Shown here: positions 1-12,516 of the stretch, one piece after another
How positions within the stretch are numbered: position 1 is the first letter of the stretch
Layout of the letters: the number at the start of each line of letters is the position of its first letter
DNA from: an uncultured Rickettsiales bacterium
Lineage (GTDB): Bacteria; Myxococcota_A; UBA796; UBA9615
Direction: 5' to 3'
DNA length: 64,000 nucleotides
Assembly: GCA_964620495.1 (NCBI GenBank)
Contig: CAZUHI010000040.1
Location: forward strand, 5,323 to 69,322
Notes under the pieces: model-generated
Told to the model about the DNA's origin: nothing
Seen by the model: the letters and a program-made list of their open reading frames with translations, nothing else
The model's database searches: none
Program-made: the position numbers and the translations under genes

Positions 1-15
1 GTCGCATGGGGGACC

Positions 16-1632
16 TCACGTTTCGAACGACAGATAGCGCAGCAGGTGCACGTCGAGGGCGTTGGCCACGAAGCCCCGCACCTCGGGCTTGATGAGCGTG
101 ACGGACCCGAAGTGGAACAGCGGCAGGATCGGAGACTCCTCCAGCAGGATGGCCTCCGCCTTGCTGAGCATGCGGAGCCGCACTTCGGCGTCCTCCACGG
201 CCGCGGCCTCTTCGACCAGCGCGTCGTAGCCGACGCTGCTCCAACCCGTGTGGTTGAGGGCGTGGTCCGCGATCAGCAGCTCGAGGAAGTTCGACGGGTC
301 GGGGTAGTCGCCCTGCCAGCCGCCGCGCGCGACCTGGTAGGTGCCCGCCTCCACGGCGTCGCTGTGAGCCCCGAAGGCGCGCGTGTACACCGACACCTCG
401 ATCCCGAGCTCGCGCTTCCAGATGCCCGCGACCGTGCGGGCGACCGTCTCGTGCACGCTGCGCCGGTCCACCGCCAGCTCGAGCTCGGGGAAGCCCTCGC
501 CCCCCGGGAACCCGGCCTCGGCGAGGAGCGCGCGCGCGACCTCCGCGTCCGCCTCCTGCGCCTCGGGGGCGTCGTACCCCGGCATCCCGCTCGGCACGAA
601 CTGCTGCGTCGGGACCCCGTCCGGGCCGAGGACCCGCGTGAGCTCGGCCCGATCCAGCGCGAGCGAGAGCGCGCGGCGGACCCGCACGTCGTTCAGGGGC
701 TTCTTCGCGGTGTTCAGGTTGTACCAGGCGGTCCCCAGCTGGGACTGCAGGTGCGCGTCCGACCGGGTGATGATGTCGGCCATGCGGTCCTGCGGGAGCA
801 GCCCGCCCGCGTGCCCCGTCCACTGAATCGTGCCCGCCTCGTACATCTCGAGCACCCGCGCGGGGTTCTCCTCCACCAGGGCCTCGACCCGGGAGAGCTT
901 CACGGCGGCGGCCGAGTGGTAGTAGGGGTTGCGGGTCAGGACCAGCTTCTTGCCGGCTTCCCAGGACTCGAGCGTGAACGGGCCGTTGACGACGATGTTG
1001 CCGGGGCGCGTCCACTGCTTGCCGTGCCGCTTGAGGGCGCGGGCGTTCACCGGCGCCGTGACGTGGTGGGCGACGATCGCGTCGAAGTACGGGGTGGGGC
1101 TGCGCAGCTCGACGATCAACGTGTGGGCGTCCTGGGCTTCGACCCCCAGGGTCGTGGCGTCTCGTGTCCGGCCGTCGTAGAGGTCCTCGGCCCCCTCGAT
1201 GGGGAAGAGGAGCGACGCGTAATCGGAGCCCGTGTCGGGGTTGAGGACCCGGCGCCAGGCGATGACGAAGTCGGCGGCGGTGACGGGATCCCCGTTGCTC
1301 CAGGTGGCGTCTGCGCGCAGCTGGAAGGTCCAGGTGAGGCCGTCGCTCGACACCTGGTGGGCGGCCGCCATGCCCGGCAGCAGTCGGTCCGCGCTCGGAG
1401 ACCAGACCAGCAGCCCCTCGAACAGGTTGGCGGCGATGAAACCGCTGTACGTGTCGGTCACGACGGCCGGATCGAGGGAGCGCGGCTCGGGACCTTGGGC
1501 GAAAGAGAAGGTGGGCGACGTGGGCCCCGGCGCGGGGGGCGCGGCGGGCTCGGGGGCCGGAGGCGAGCAGCCCCCCAGGGCGACGATCAGGGCGGCGACG
1601 AGGGACGGACCGAGCGAGCGGCGGGACTGCAT
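16..1632 (-). CDS. ABC transporter substrate-binding lipoprotein, family 5 (Opp/Dpp-type)
   Basis: Complete 538-aa ORF. N-terminal lipoprotein signal (LVAALIVALGGC). Body reads like family-5 solute-binding proteins (WSNGDPVTAADF, NPYY, GGWQGDYPDP). Confidence 0.9.
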   Translation of the reverse strand: MQSRRSLGPSLVAALIVALGGCSPPAPEPAAPPAPGPTSPTFSFAQGPEPRSLDPAVVTDTYSGFIAANLFEGLLVWSPSADRLLPGMAAAHQVSSDGLTWTFQLRADATWSNGDPVTAADFVIAWRRVLNPDTGSDYASLLFPIEGAEDLYDGRTRDATTLGVEAQDAHTLIVELRSPTPYFDAIVAHHVTAPVNARALKRHGKQWTRPGNIVVNGPFTLESWEAGKKLVLTRNPYYHSAAAVKLSRVEALVEENPARVLEMYEAGTIQWTGHAGGLLPQDRMADIITRSDAHLQSQLGTAWYNLNTAKKPLNDVRVRRALSLALDRAELTRVLGPDGVPTQQFVPSGMPGYDAPEAQEADAEVARALLAEAGFPGGEGFPELELAVDRRSVHETVARTVAGIWKRELGIEVSVYTRAFGAHSDAVEAGTYQVARGGWQGDYPDPSNFLELLIADHALNHTGWSSVGYDALVEEAAAVEDAEVRLRMLSKAEAILLEESPILPLFHFGSVTLIKPEVRGFVANALDVHLLRYLSFET

Positions 1633-1665
1633 GCGTCGAGCATATCGCGCGCCCCGCCTCCGCGG

Positions 1666-5024
<3,359 letters not shown>

Positions 5025-5100
5025 CTAGCAGTCGGGGACGCTGCGCGTTCCTCGGGCGAGTCCCTGGCGCTCGCCCCTGCCGGGCTGTCGGATTCGAGAG

Positions 5101-5382
5101 TCACAAGGTCGAGTCGTCGTCGTCGAAGGTGGAGTCGTCGTCGCCCGCGTCGTCGTCGTCGAACGGGCCGCGGCCTCCGCAGGCGGCGCACTCGAGGGAG
5201 TCGAGGTACGGCGGGGCGCAGAAGCCGGCCACGCAGGCGTGGGACCGCGTGCTGCTGAAGCTGCCGCAGTCGCAGCTCACGAAGCAGTCGAGGTCGCGCT
5301 CGCACGCGGCCTCGGGGGAGCAGCTGCAGCCCGTCCCCAGCGCGAGCAGGGAGAGCAGGAGCGCGGCCGGCAGGTGTCTCAT
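5101..5382 (-). CDS. Small Cys-rich lipoprotein with poly-Asp C-terminal tail (93 aa)
   Basis: ATG at 5382 gives MRHLPAALLLSLLALGTGCS (lipobox). There are 10 Cys in 93 aa, and the C-terminus reads DDDDAGDDDSTFDDDDSTL. The start overlaps the xseA stop (ATGA, 5379-5382). The rest of listed ORF 5101..6093 is Arg-rich noise. Confidence 0.6.
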   Translation of the reverse strand: MRHLPAALLLSLLALGTGCSCSPEAACERDLDCFVSCDCGSFSSTRSHACVAGFCAPPYLDSLECAACGGRGPFDDDDAGDDDSTFDDDDSTL

Positions 5383-6620
5383 GTGGGTCGTCCTCGCAAG
5401 TCGACGGGCTCGGGCACGACGGCCTCGACGGAGCACCGCAGGGCGCCCTCGGCGAGCCGCACGCGGACGGATTCTCCCACGGAGGCGTCCGCCGCGCGAC
5501 GTAGGAGCGTCCCGTCGGGCTCCCGCGTGGCGATGGCGTATCCCCGCTGCACCGACTGCAGCGGACCCAGGGACAGGAGCGCACGACGCGTGGCCTCCGC
5601 CCCCCCGCGACGCCTTCGCAGGTCCCGCCCCACGGCCCCCTCGAGGCGGCGCCGGAGCTCGTCCAGTCGCTGGGCCTGCTCGTCCAGGCGGCGACGCGGC
5701 CCCACCAGCCTCCCCCGCAGGTCCGCGACCTGCTTGCGGCGACGTCGATCGGCGCGCGCGAGGGCCTGCAACAGGCGGGAGCGACGGTCGCGCAGCGACG
5801 CCTCGAGGTCCACGCGGATCGGGACCGCGAGCTCGGCGGCGGCGGTGGGGGTGGCGGCTCGGGCGTCGGCCGCGAAGTCGCACAGGGTGACGTCGATCTC
5901 GTGCCCGACCCCGCAGACGACGGGCACCCGCGACGCGGCCACGGCGCGCACCACCGGCTCCTCGTTGAAGGCCCACAGATCTTCGAGGGAGCCGCCTCCG
6001 CGACCGAGGAGGATGACCTCCACGTCCGTGCGCTGAAGCGCGTGCAGCGCCCCCACGATGGTGGGCCCGGCGTCCCGCCCCTGCACGCGACACGGGGCGA
6101 TCGTCACCGCGAGCGTGGGATCCCGGCGCGCCAGGACCCGGAGCATGTCGTGCAGGGCCGCGGCGCCCCGGGACGTGACGATCCCGATCCGTCGGGGGAC
6201 CTTCGGGAGGCGCTGCTTGCGGCGGGGGTCGAACAGCCCCTCCTGGGCGAGCCGCGCCTTCAGGGCCTCGAGCTGGGCCTGCAGCCGACCCGCGCCGACC
6301 GCGTCCATGCGCTCGACCACCAGCTGGAGCGCGCCCCGTCGCGCGAAGATCTCCACCCGTCCCGACGCGACGACCTGGTCTCCGTCCCGAGGACGCCGGC
6401 TCACCGCGCGATTCGCCCGCGCGAACATCGCCGCGTCGAGCGTCGCGTGCTCGTCCTTCAGCTTGAAGTACCAGTGCCCCGAGCCCGGGGACCGGAAGTT
6501 GGACAGCTCGCCGACGACGGCGAACGGAGGGAGCGTGCCCTCGAGGTGGTCGCGGAGCAGCCCCGTGAGGCGCGAGACCGAGAGCGGCTCCCGGCGAGGC
6601 GGGTCCCGCTCCCAGCTCAG
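5379..6620 (-). CDS. xseA: Exodeoxyribonuclease VII large subunit
   Basis: Shows an OB-fold N-terminus (SVSRLTGLLRDHLE...VVGELSNF...GHWYFKLKD), a catalytic core (RIGIVTS...GRGGGSLEDLWAFN) and a coiled-coil C-terminus. The start is uncertain. No ATG or GTG lies nearby. A CTG at 6620 overlaps the carA stop (CTGA) and gives an N-terminal length like that of E. coli XseA. Confidence 0.85.
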   Translation of the reverse strand: MSWERDPPRREPLSVSRLTGLLRDHLEGTLPPFAVVGELSNFRSPGSGHWYFKLKDEHATLDAAMFARANRAVSRRPRDGDQVVASGRVEIFARRGALQLVVERMDAVGAGRLQAQLEALKARLAQEGLFDPRRKQRLPKVPRRIGIVTSRGAAALHDMLRVLARRDPTLAVTIAPCRVQGRDAGPTIVGALHALQRTDVEVILLGRGGGSLEDLWAFNEEPVVRAVAASRVPVVCGVGHEIDVTLCDFAADARAATPTAAAELAVPIRVDLEASLRDRRSRLLQALARADRRRRKQVADLRGRLVGPRRRLDEQAQRLDELRRRLEGAVGRDLRRRRGGAEATRRALLSLGPLQSVQRGYAIATREPDGTLLRRAADASVGESVRVRLAEGALRCSVEAVVPEPVDLRGRPT

Positions 6621-7726
6621 GGGGAGCCCCGGGTCGCGTCGATGAGGCGGTAGAAGTCGTCGAACAGGTAGGTCGCGTCGTGCGGGCCCGGCGCCGCCTC
6701 GGGGTGGTACTGGACGCCGAAGGCAGGGACGTCCTTGCAGGCGAACCCCTCGAGCGTGTCGTCGTTCAGGTTCAGGTGCGTGACCTCCACGCGGTCCCTG
6801 GGGATCGAGTCCGCGTCGATCGCGAACCCGTGGTTCTGCGCCGTGATCTCCACGATCCCGGTGCGCAGGTTCTTGACCGGCTGGTTGCCGCCGCGGTGCC
6901 CGAACTTGAGCTTGTAGGACGTGCCGCCCAAGGCCAGCCCGAGGACCTGCATGCCCATGCAGATGCCCATGATCGGGACCTTGCCGAGCAGCCCCCGGAC
7001 CTCTTCGGCCGCGTAGGCCGCGATCGGCTCCGGGTCGCCCGGGCCGTTGCTCAGCAGCACCCCGTCCGGCTCGAGCGCGAGGATGTCTTCGGCGGACGTG
7101 GTGGCGGGCACGACGGTCACGCGGGCGGGCCCGCGCTCGGCCAGGAGCCGCGCGATGTTGCGCTTGATCCCGAAGTCCAGGGCGACGACGTGGCGGGTGG
7201 CGGGCCCGGCGCACAGCACCTCGTAGGAGCGGCGGCAGGTGACGCGTCCCCCGAGGTCGAGCCCCGCGAGGCCGGGATAGTCGGCGAGCTTGGCCTTCAG
7301 CCCCTCCACGGAGGTGCCGTCGTTCCCGACGATCCCGCGCATCGCGCCCACCGAACGGATGTGACGGGTGATCGCGCGCGTGTCGACCTCCTCGATGCCG
7401 GGGACCCGGTGCGTCTCCATGTACCCGGGCAGATCGCCGTCCGCGCGGTGGTTGGAGTGGACCCGGCTGACCTCGCGCACGACGAACCCGTGGACGTGGG
7501 GTCGCCGGCTCTGACCGTCGACCTGGGTGACGCCGTAGTTGCCGACGTGGGGGACCGTCATCACCACGATCTGTTCGGCGTAGGAGGGATCCGTGAGGAT
7601 CTCCTGGTAGCCGGTCATGGACGTATTGAAGACGACCTCGCCGGTGGCGACACCGCGGTGTCCCCAGGCGGTCCCTTCGAAGACGCGGCCGTCTTCCAGG
7701 ACGAGGTATGCGGGCTCGTGGGGCAT
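6617..7726 (-). CDS. carA: Carbamoyl-phosphate synthase small (glutamine amidotransferase) subunit
   Basis: 369-aa ORF with NTSMTGYQEILTDPSY, GICMGMQ (Cys nucleophile), HRGGNQPV and QYHPEA. Confidence 0.95.
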   Translation of the reverse strand: MPHEPAYLVLEDGRVFEGTAWGHRGVATGEVVFNTSMTGYQEILTDPSYAEQIVVMTVPHVGNYGVTQVDGQSRRPHVHGFVVREVSRVHSNHRADGDLPGYMETHRVPGIEEVDTRAITRHIRSVGAMRGIVGNDGTSVEGLKAKLADYPGLAGLDLGGRVTCRRSYEVLCAGPATRHVVALDFGIKRNIARLLAERGPARVTVVPATTSAEDILALEPDGVLLSNGPGDPEPIAAYAAEEVRGLLGKVPIMGICMGMQVLGLALGGTSYKLKFGHRGGNQPVKNLRTGIVEITAQNHGFAIDADSIPRDRVEVTHLNLNDDTLEGFACKDVPAFGVQYHPEAAPGPHDATYLFDDFYRLIDATRGSP

Positions 7727-7802
7727 CGGTGCTCCGAAGGGGCCGAGTTCCGCGGAGTGCTAGCCGATCCGGCCCGGCCTGCGCAAGGCCCGAGCGTCGC
7801 CT

Positions 7803-9650
7803 TTACAGGGCGGCGTCGAGGCCACGCAGGGCGGCCTCCCGGCCCGGGTCCATCGGCGGCACCACGACCTTCGGCACGAAGCGGCCCAGCGTGGCGTCCA
7901 GGAGGCCCGCGGCCGCCGCCACTTCCCCGGGATGGGTGGGCGCCACGTCGGTGATCTCTCGGGCGTCGTCCGTGAGGTCGTAGTAGGCCGCCCCGCCCTT
8001 CGGCGTGCGGGCGTACTTCGCCTCGGGCGTGCGCAGGGCCACCGGCGCCTTCCCGTCCCCCCGGGGCGTGCCCACGGTAATCGCGGGGACCGGCACCAGG
8101 TCTCGGCCGTCGAGGATCGGGACCAACGATCGCCCGTCGCCCAGGGACGCGCGGCGGAAGCCGGCCGCCGACAGGACCGTCGCGGGCAGGTCCTCGAGCC
8201 GCGCCTGCCGCTCCACGCGCGCGCCCTTCGGCACGCCCGGCCCGTGCATGATCCAGGGCACGCGGGCCCAGGAGTCGGTGACCGCGGGGGGGCGTCCGCT
8301 CGCCGCCCACCCGCGCTGGCCCGCGACGACCACGAGCGTCCAGTCCATCAGTCCGTCGGCCTCGAGCCCCTTGAACATCTCCTCCAGGACGAGGTCCATC
8401 GTGGCCACGCGGCCGCCGTAGGCCGCGCCGGCCTCTCCGGGCAGGGGGTCGATCAAGGCGTCCTCCCGCAGGTCCGGATTCACGAACTCGATCCGGGGAT
8501 CCGCGAGGTGGATCCACACGAAGATGTTCTCGCGGTAGTGGCGATCCAGCCACTCCCCGAACCGCTGCACCGTGCGCGCCGACGGCCTCAGGAGATCGCG
8601 GGACGACGGCGTCTTGCCGAGGTCTCGGATCCACCCGCGCAGCCTGTGGATCGCGAGCCGGTGGGCGCCGCGACGTCCGTCGGCCACCCCGTCGTCGTAC
8701 ACGTGGAACCCGCGGGAGAGGCGCGTCTCCCCCCCGTCCAAGGCGGCGGAGCTCACGAACGCGGCCGTCGCGTACCCCTCCTTGGCGAACAGCTCGGGGA
8801 GCGTCGGCAGGGCCTTGCCCGAGCCCGGCATCGTCCGCGGGAGGGCCCGACTGTCCGCGAGCAGGCCCGTGGACAGGGGATGACGCCCGGTGAGCAGCGC
8901 GCCCGCGGACGCGACCTCCGACGTGCTCGGGGTGACCGCCTGGGCGAACTCCGCGCCGTTCTTCGCGAGCCACCGCAGCCCCGGAGAGCGCACGCGGGAG
9001 CGGGTGCCGGCGTGGTCGAAGCGGAGCGCGTCGACCGTGACCAGCAGCACGTTCGGGGTGCCTTCGCGGGCCCGCACGCCCGTCCCCTTCCCGCCCGCCA
9101 TGGGCGCGGAGACGGCGAAGCTCATCGTGACCATCAGCGCCGCGGGCAGCCCCAGGTAGGCGATGCCCTGGCCCCTCCCCGTGAAGTCGAGGCGACGGAG
9201 GAAGACGCGCGTCCCCAGCGCGGTGCCCGCCCCCACCACGAAGGCCAGCGCGGTGGTGGTGTCGACCCCGGGACCCGCGCCCGGCCGGCCCGCGCCGAGC
9301 GCCCAGGGGAGGAGCTGCGCCGCGAGCACCACGAAGACCACCGCCCCGAGCACCCAGGGAAGCCACGCGTGGGACGGGTCGCGGCCGGTCTGCTGGTGAA
9401 GAGTGAGCGAGTCGGGATCGCCGCCTCGCAGCGCCCCCAGCAGCGCGCTCAGGGGCAGGCCCACGAGGGCACCCGCGACCCCGCAGAGCAGGACGTTGGT
9501 GGCCCACAGCTTCCATCGGTGGAGGGCGTGCAGGACCTCGGTCACCGACGTGCGGAGCACCAGGTCGACCTCGAGGCCTCCGAGCACCATCGCCAGGATC
9601 ACGGCCGCGGCGGTGCCCCGGAGGATCCGGAAGAGCCAAGTGCGTGTCAT
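7803..9650 (-). CDS. Membrane-anchored alkaline-phosphatase-superfamily (sulfatase-like) enzyme
   Basis: 615-aa ORF. About 5 N-terminal TM helices precede a sulfatase-fold domain (NVLLVTVDALRFDH...ALLTGRHP...). No C-x-P-x-R formylglycine motif is visible; the sequence TPSTSE sits at that position. Confidence 0.75.
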   Translation of the reverse strand: MTRTWLFRILRGTAAAVILAMVLGGLEVDLVLRTSVTEVLHALHRWKLWATNVLLCGVAGALVGLPLSALLGALRGGDPDSLTLHQQTGRDPSHAWLPWVLGAVVFVVLAAQLLPWALGAGRPGAGPGVDTTTALAFVVGAGTALGTRVFLRRLDFTGRGQGIAYLGLPAALMVTMSFAVSAPMAGGKGTGVRAREGTPNVLLVTVDALRFDHAGTRSRVRSPGLRWLAKNGAEFAQAVTPSTSEVASAGALLTGRHPLSTGLLADSRALPRTMPGSGKALPTLPELFAKEGYATAAFVSSAALDGGETRLSRGFHVYDDGVADGRRGAHRLAIHRLRGWIRDLGKTPSSRDLLRPSARTVQRFGEWLDRHYRENIFVWIHLADPRIEFVNPDLREDALIDPLPGEAGAAYGGRVATMDLVLEEMFKGLEADGLMDWTLVVVAGQRGWAASGRPPAVTDSWARVPWIMHGPGVPKGARVERQARLEDLPATVLSAAGFRRASLGDGRSLVPILDGRDLVPVPAITVGTPRGDGKAPVALRTPEAKYARTPKGGAAYYDLTDDAREITDVAPTHPGEVAAAAGLLDATLGRFVPKVVVPPMDPGREAALRGLDAAL

Positions 9651-9672
9651 GGGGCGCCCCGGGGTCGAGCGG

Positions 9673-10581
9673 TCAGGAGTCCGCGTCGGCGAACAGCGGC
9701 ATCGGGTCGGTGCCGCGACGGGCGCGGCGCGCGAGCAGGAACGGGAAGTAGTGGCTCGGCCGGCGACGCGCGTGGGCGGAGACGAGCTTCAGCCACTTGC
9801 CCACGAGGCGGTCGAGCTCCCGATCCGGATCGGCGTCGGGGTTGGTCTTGATCGGGGCCTCGACGACCAGCCGGTGCTCCGACGGCATGCGGACCGCGAA
9901 CACCGGGAGCAGGCCGAGATCCGCCCGGCGCGCCAGATCGAACGGCGTGGAGCCCACCGAGGCGGCGCGGCCGAGCAGCGTCCCCGTGCCCCAGCGCACC
10001 CCGCACCCTTCGTCCGCGAGCGCCACCGTGACGTGTCCCGGCGCCGAGGCGAAGCGCACCAGCTCCCGGGCGTATCCCGACGCCGGAAGAGGGCGCAGAT
10101 CGAGGCCGGGCCCCGGGGTGGGGATGCGCTTGGGCCGGTGCTCCGGCGGCCGGAGGTCCAGCAGCCCGACGCGGTAGCCGCGGCGGGCGAGGGCGGGCGC
10201 GATCCAGGACCACGCGCCGTAGGTCGGGGTGAGGACGATCACGCCCTTGCCCCGCGCCAGCAGCGCCTCGAGCGGGTTCAGGGCGCTGATGTGCAGGTAC
10301 TTGCCCGCCGACGACGGCCCCTCCGCGAGGGCTCCGTGGCGCTCCTCCACGGCTTGGCGCGCGAGCAGCACGCGGGCGTGGTCGATGAGCTGCGGGAGGG
10401 CCTGCGGGAGGGGGACGCCGTCCCAACAGCGGCCGACCTCTTCCACCAACACCTGCTCGAGCGAGCGGTCCAGCGGCGTGCGCCGGACGGCCCAGGAGAG
10501 CGCGTTGGTGCGGGTGGGGCTGGGGATCCGAGCGAGGACGTCGAGGATCCCGCCCGGGACGGCGGGCGCGAGGGAGCTCAA
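9673..10581 (-). CDS. Lipid A biosynthesis (LpxL/HtrB)-family acyltransferase-like protein
   Basis: 302-aa ORF with overall HtrB-family layout (GKGVIVLTPTYGAWSW...G.RVGLL...FASAPGHVTVALADE...G.A....P..LARR...LLPVFAVR). The expected H-x-G-N-W-E dyad reads T-Y-G-A-W-S. Confidence 0.6.
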   Translation of the reverse strand: MSSLAPAVPGGILDVLARIPSPTRTNALSWAVRRTPLDRSLEQVLVEEVGRCWDGVPLPQALPQLIDHARVLLARQAVEERHGALAEGPSSAGKYLHISALNPLEALLARGKGVIVLTPTYGAWSWIAPALARRGYRVGLLDLRPPEHRPKRIPTPGPGLDLRPLPASGYARELVRFASAPGHVTVALADEGCGVRWGTGTLLGRAASVGSTPFDLARRADLGLLPVFAVRMPSEHRLVVEAPIKTNPDADPDRELDRLVGKWLKLVSAHARRRPSHYFPFLLARRARRGTDPMPLFADADS

Positions 10582-11142
10582 CTACTCGGGGTCCGTCCCG
10601 CCCTCGAGGCGCGCCTCGAAGGGGACGGTGAACGTGCACCCGTTCGTGTAGGCGTCCTGGTTGGACGACTCCGTGATGACGTAGCTCTCGGCGCCGTTGT
10701 CCCAAAGGTCCCCGAAGGAGGTGCGGGCCTCGCCTTCGATCTCGTACCAGACGGTCTCGCCGTCGGCCCGCTCGTCGTCCTTGTAAGGCCCGCCCGCGTA
10801 GGAAATGTTCCCCTGTTCGAGCGAACCGTCGAGCAGACCCGACGCGAAGTAGGCGAACTCGTCGTCCGTCGTGCCTTCGTCCCGCACGTAGAGATCGAAG
10901 CGCAGCCCCGTCTCGCCGTCCGGGAAGTGGATCCGGTAGATCACCGACCGCTCGCCGTAGCCGTCGGCGTCCGCGGCGATGGCGTCCGAGCACGACGAGC
11001 TCGCCGTCACGGGGTCGCCGTCCGTGTTCGAGAAGGTCACGCGGAAGTCCTCGACGTTCTCCGTGGGGACGTTGTTCTCCCCGGTGCAACCGGCGAGCGC
11101 GAGGGCGAGGACGAGGGGGGGGACAGAGCGCATCGCCGGCAT
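10582..11142 (-). CDS. Lipoprotein, unknown function
   Basis: ATG at 11142 (or 11133) gives MPAMRSVPPLVLALALAGCTG (lipobox). The body is acidic and beta-rich. The stop abuts the start of the downstream acyltransferase-like gene. Confidence 0.6.
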   Translation of the reverse strand: MPAMRSVPPLVLALALAGCTGENNVPTENVEDFRVTFSNTDGDPVTASSSCSDAIAADADGYGERSVIYRIHFPDGETGLRFDLYVRDEGTTDDEFAYFASGLLDGSLEQGNISYAGGPYKDDERADGETVWYEIEGEARTSFGDLWDNGAESYVITESSNQDAYTNGCTFTVPFEARLEGGTDPE

Positions 11143-11229
11143 CAAAGCCGAGCGTCCGTACACCGTCAAGGCGCGCGCGCCGCCCGCGAGACGCGACACG
11201 GGGGGCGGGGAGGACTACGCTCCGGCGCC

Positions 11230-12516
11230 GTGCCGATCCTTCGCCCGATCCGCCCCCTCCGCTACGGCTTCGACCAGCTCGCGGTGCTCGACGACCTGAT
11301 CTCTCCCGCCCGCCGGGGCGAGCCCGAGGACCGGCTCCGCGTGGGTGACGTGGCGCCGCACAACATCCGGCGGCTGGTGCGCGGGGCCCGGGGGCCCGAC
11401 GACGACACGTCCGCCGAGCCCTTCGACTTCGCCACGCGGCTCCAGCGCCGGTGGAAGGAGGAGGGGGTGCTGGTACGGGAGCCGCGCCCCGCCTACTTCA
11501 CCTACGAGCAGCGCGCGAACGGAGAGTCGTATCGCGGCGCCGTGTGCCTCGTGAGGCTCGCCCCGTACGACGGGACCGAGGTGCGGCCCCACGAGCGGAC
11601 CACCCGGACCGGCGCGGAGGACGAACTCGCGGCTCAGCTGGCCGCGCTGCGCACCCAACTGTCGATGGTGATGGCGTTCGTCCCCGATCGACAGGGAGCT
11701 CTGCGCGACTTCCTCGACAACCCCGAGCCTCCGTGGCTGAGCGTGGTGGACGGTCGCGGGGTCGACAATCGCCTGTGGCGGGAGCAGGACCCGGAGGTCC
11801 ACGTGCGCCTCGCCGACGCCCTCCGGGACGAGACCGCGGTCATCGCCGACGGCCATCACCGGTACGCGGCTGCGCTTCGTCACCAGGCGACGATGTCCGC
11901 CACGGGCCCCGTGACCCGCGAGCGGCCCTACGACTACGTGATGATGCTGCTCCGACCCACGGTGGGGGGGGCCGCCGGCGCCTGGACCCACCGGGTCCTG
12001 AAGCGGCTCGGCGGAGGGGCTGCCGAGGCCCTGGGCCGCGCCCTGGAGGCGTTCGACGTCCTCAGCGACGGGGCCGACCTGCAGGCCCTCGACCGCCTCG
12101 ACGACGACACCCCCGGCCTCTTCGGCCTGGTGACGCGCGGGCGGGTGCGCGTGGTGCGCGTGAGCGACGCTGCGCGGCAGAGCGCCCCGGTGCTGGCCTT
12201 GGCCCCGGCGCTCCGCGACGCCGACGCGGCCCTGCTCGGCGCGCTGCTCCTCGATCCCGTCGCCGAGGCGGCGGCCTGGGACTCCGCGGCCGACTCGCGC
12301 TCCGGGCAGCGGTTCAGCCCGAACCAGCTGTCGGCGCGGGAGGCGGCGCGACGCACGTTCGAGGGCGAAGCGGCCGCGGCGTTCGTCCTCCGGACGGCGT
12401 CGCCGCAGCTCGTGCAGCGCGTCGCCGAGGCGGGCGAGGTGATGCCCCCGCGATCCACGAAGTTCCGGCCGAAGCCGGCGAAGGGGCTCCTCATGGCCAG
12501 TCTGGTGAGCTTCTGA
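11230..12516 (+). CDS. DUF1015 family protein
   Basis: The GTG at 11230 is in frame with listed ORF 9403..12516, whose first ~600 codons are noise. Shows ILRPIRPLRY, ADGHHRY and a C-terminal MPPRSTKFRPKPAKGL, which I recall as typical of DUF1015. Confidence 0.8.
   Translation: MPILRPIRPLRYGFDQLAVLDDLISPARRGEPEDRLRVGDVAPHNIRRLVRGARGPDDDTSAEPFDFATRLQRRWKEEGVLVREPRPAYFTYEQRANGESYRGAVCLVRLAPYDGTEVRPHERTTRTGAEDELAAQLAALRTQLSMVMAFVPDRQGALRDFLDNPEPPWLSVVDGRGVDNRLWREQDPEVHVRLADALRDETAVIADGHHRYAAALRHQATMSATGPVTRERPYDYVMMLLRPTVGGAAGAWTHRVLKRLGGGAAEALGRALEAFDVLSDGADLQALDRLDDDTPGLFGLVTRGRVRVVRVSDAARQSAPVLALAPALRDADAALLGALLLDPVAEAAAWDSAADSRSGQRFSPNQLSAREAARRTFEGEAAAAFVLRTASPQLVQRVAEAGEVMPPRSTKFRPKPAKGLLMASLVSF

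Noticed and set aside
7615-9639. 674-aa ORF on the - strand overlapping the sulfatase-like gene in another frame.
   Set aside because: The translation is Arg/Gly/Pro-rich. The 7803..9650 frame has TM helices and sulfatase-fold motifs.
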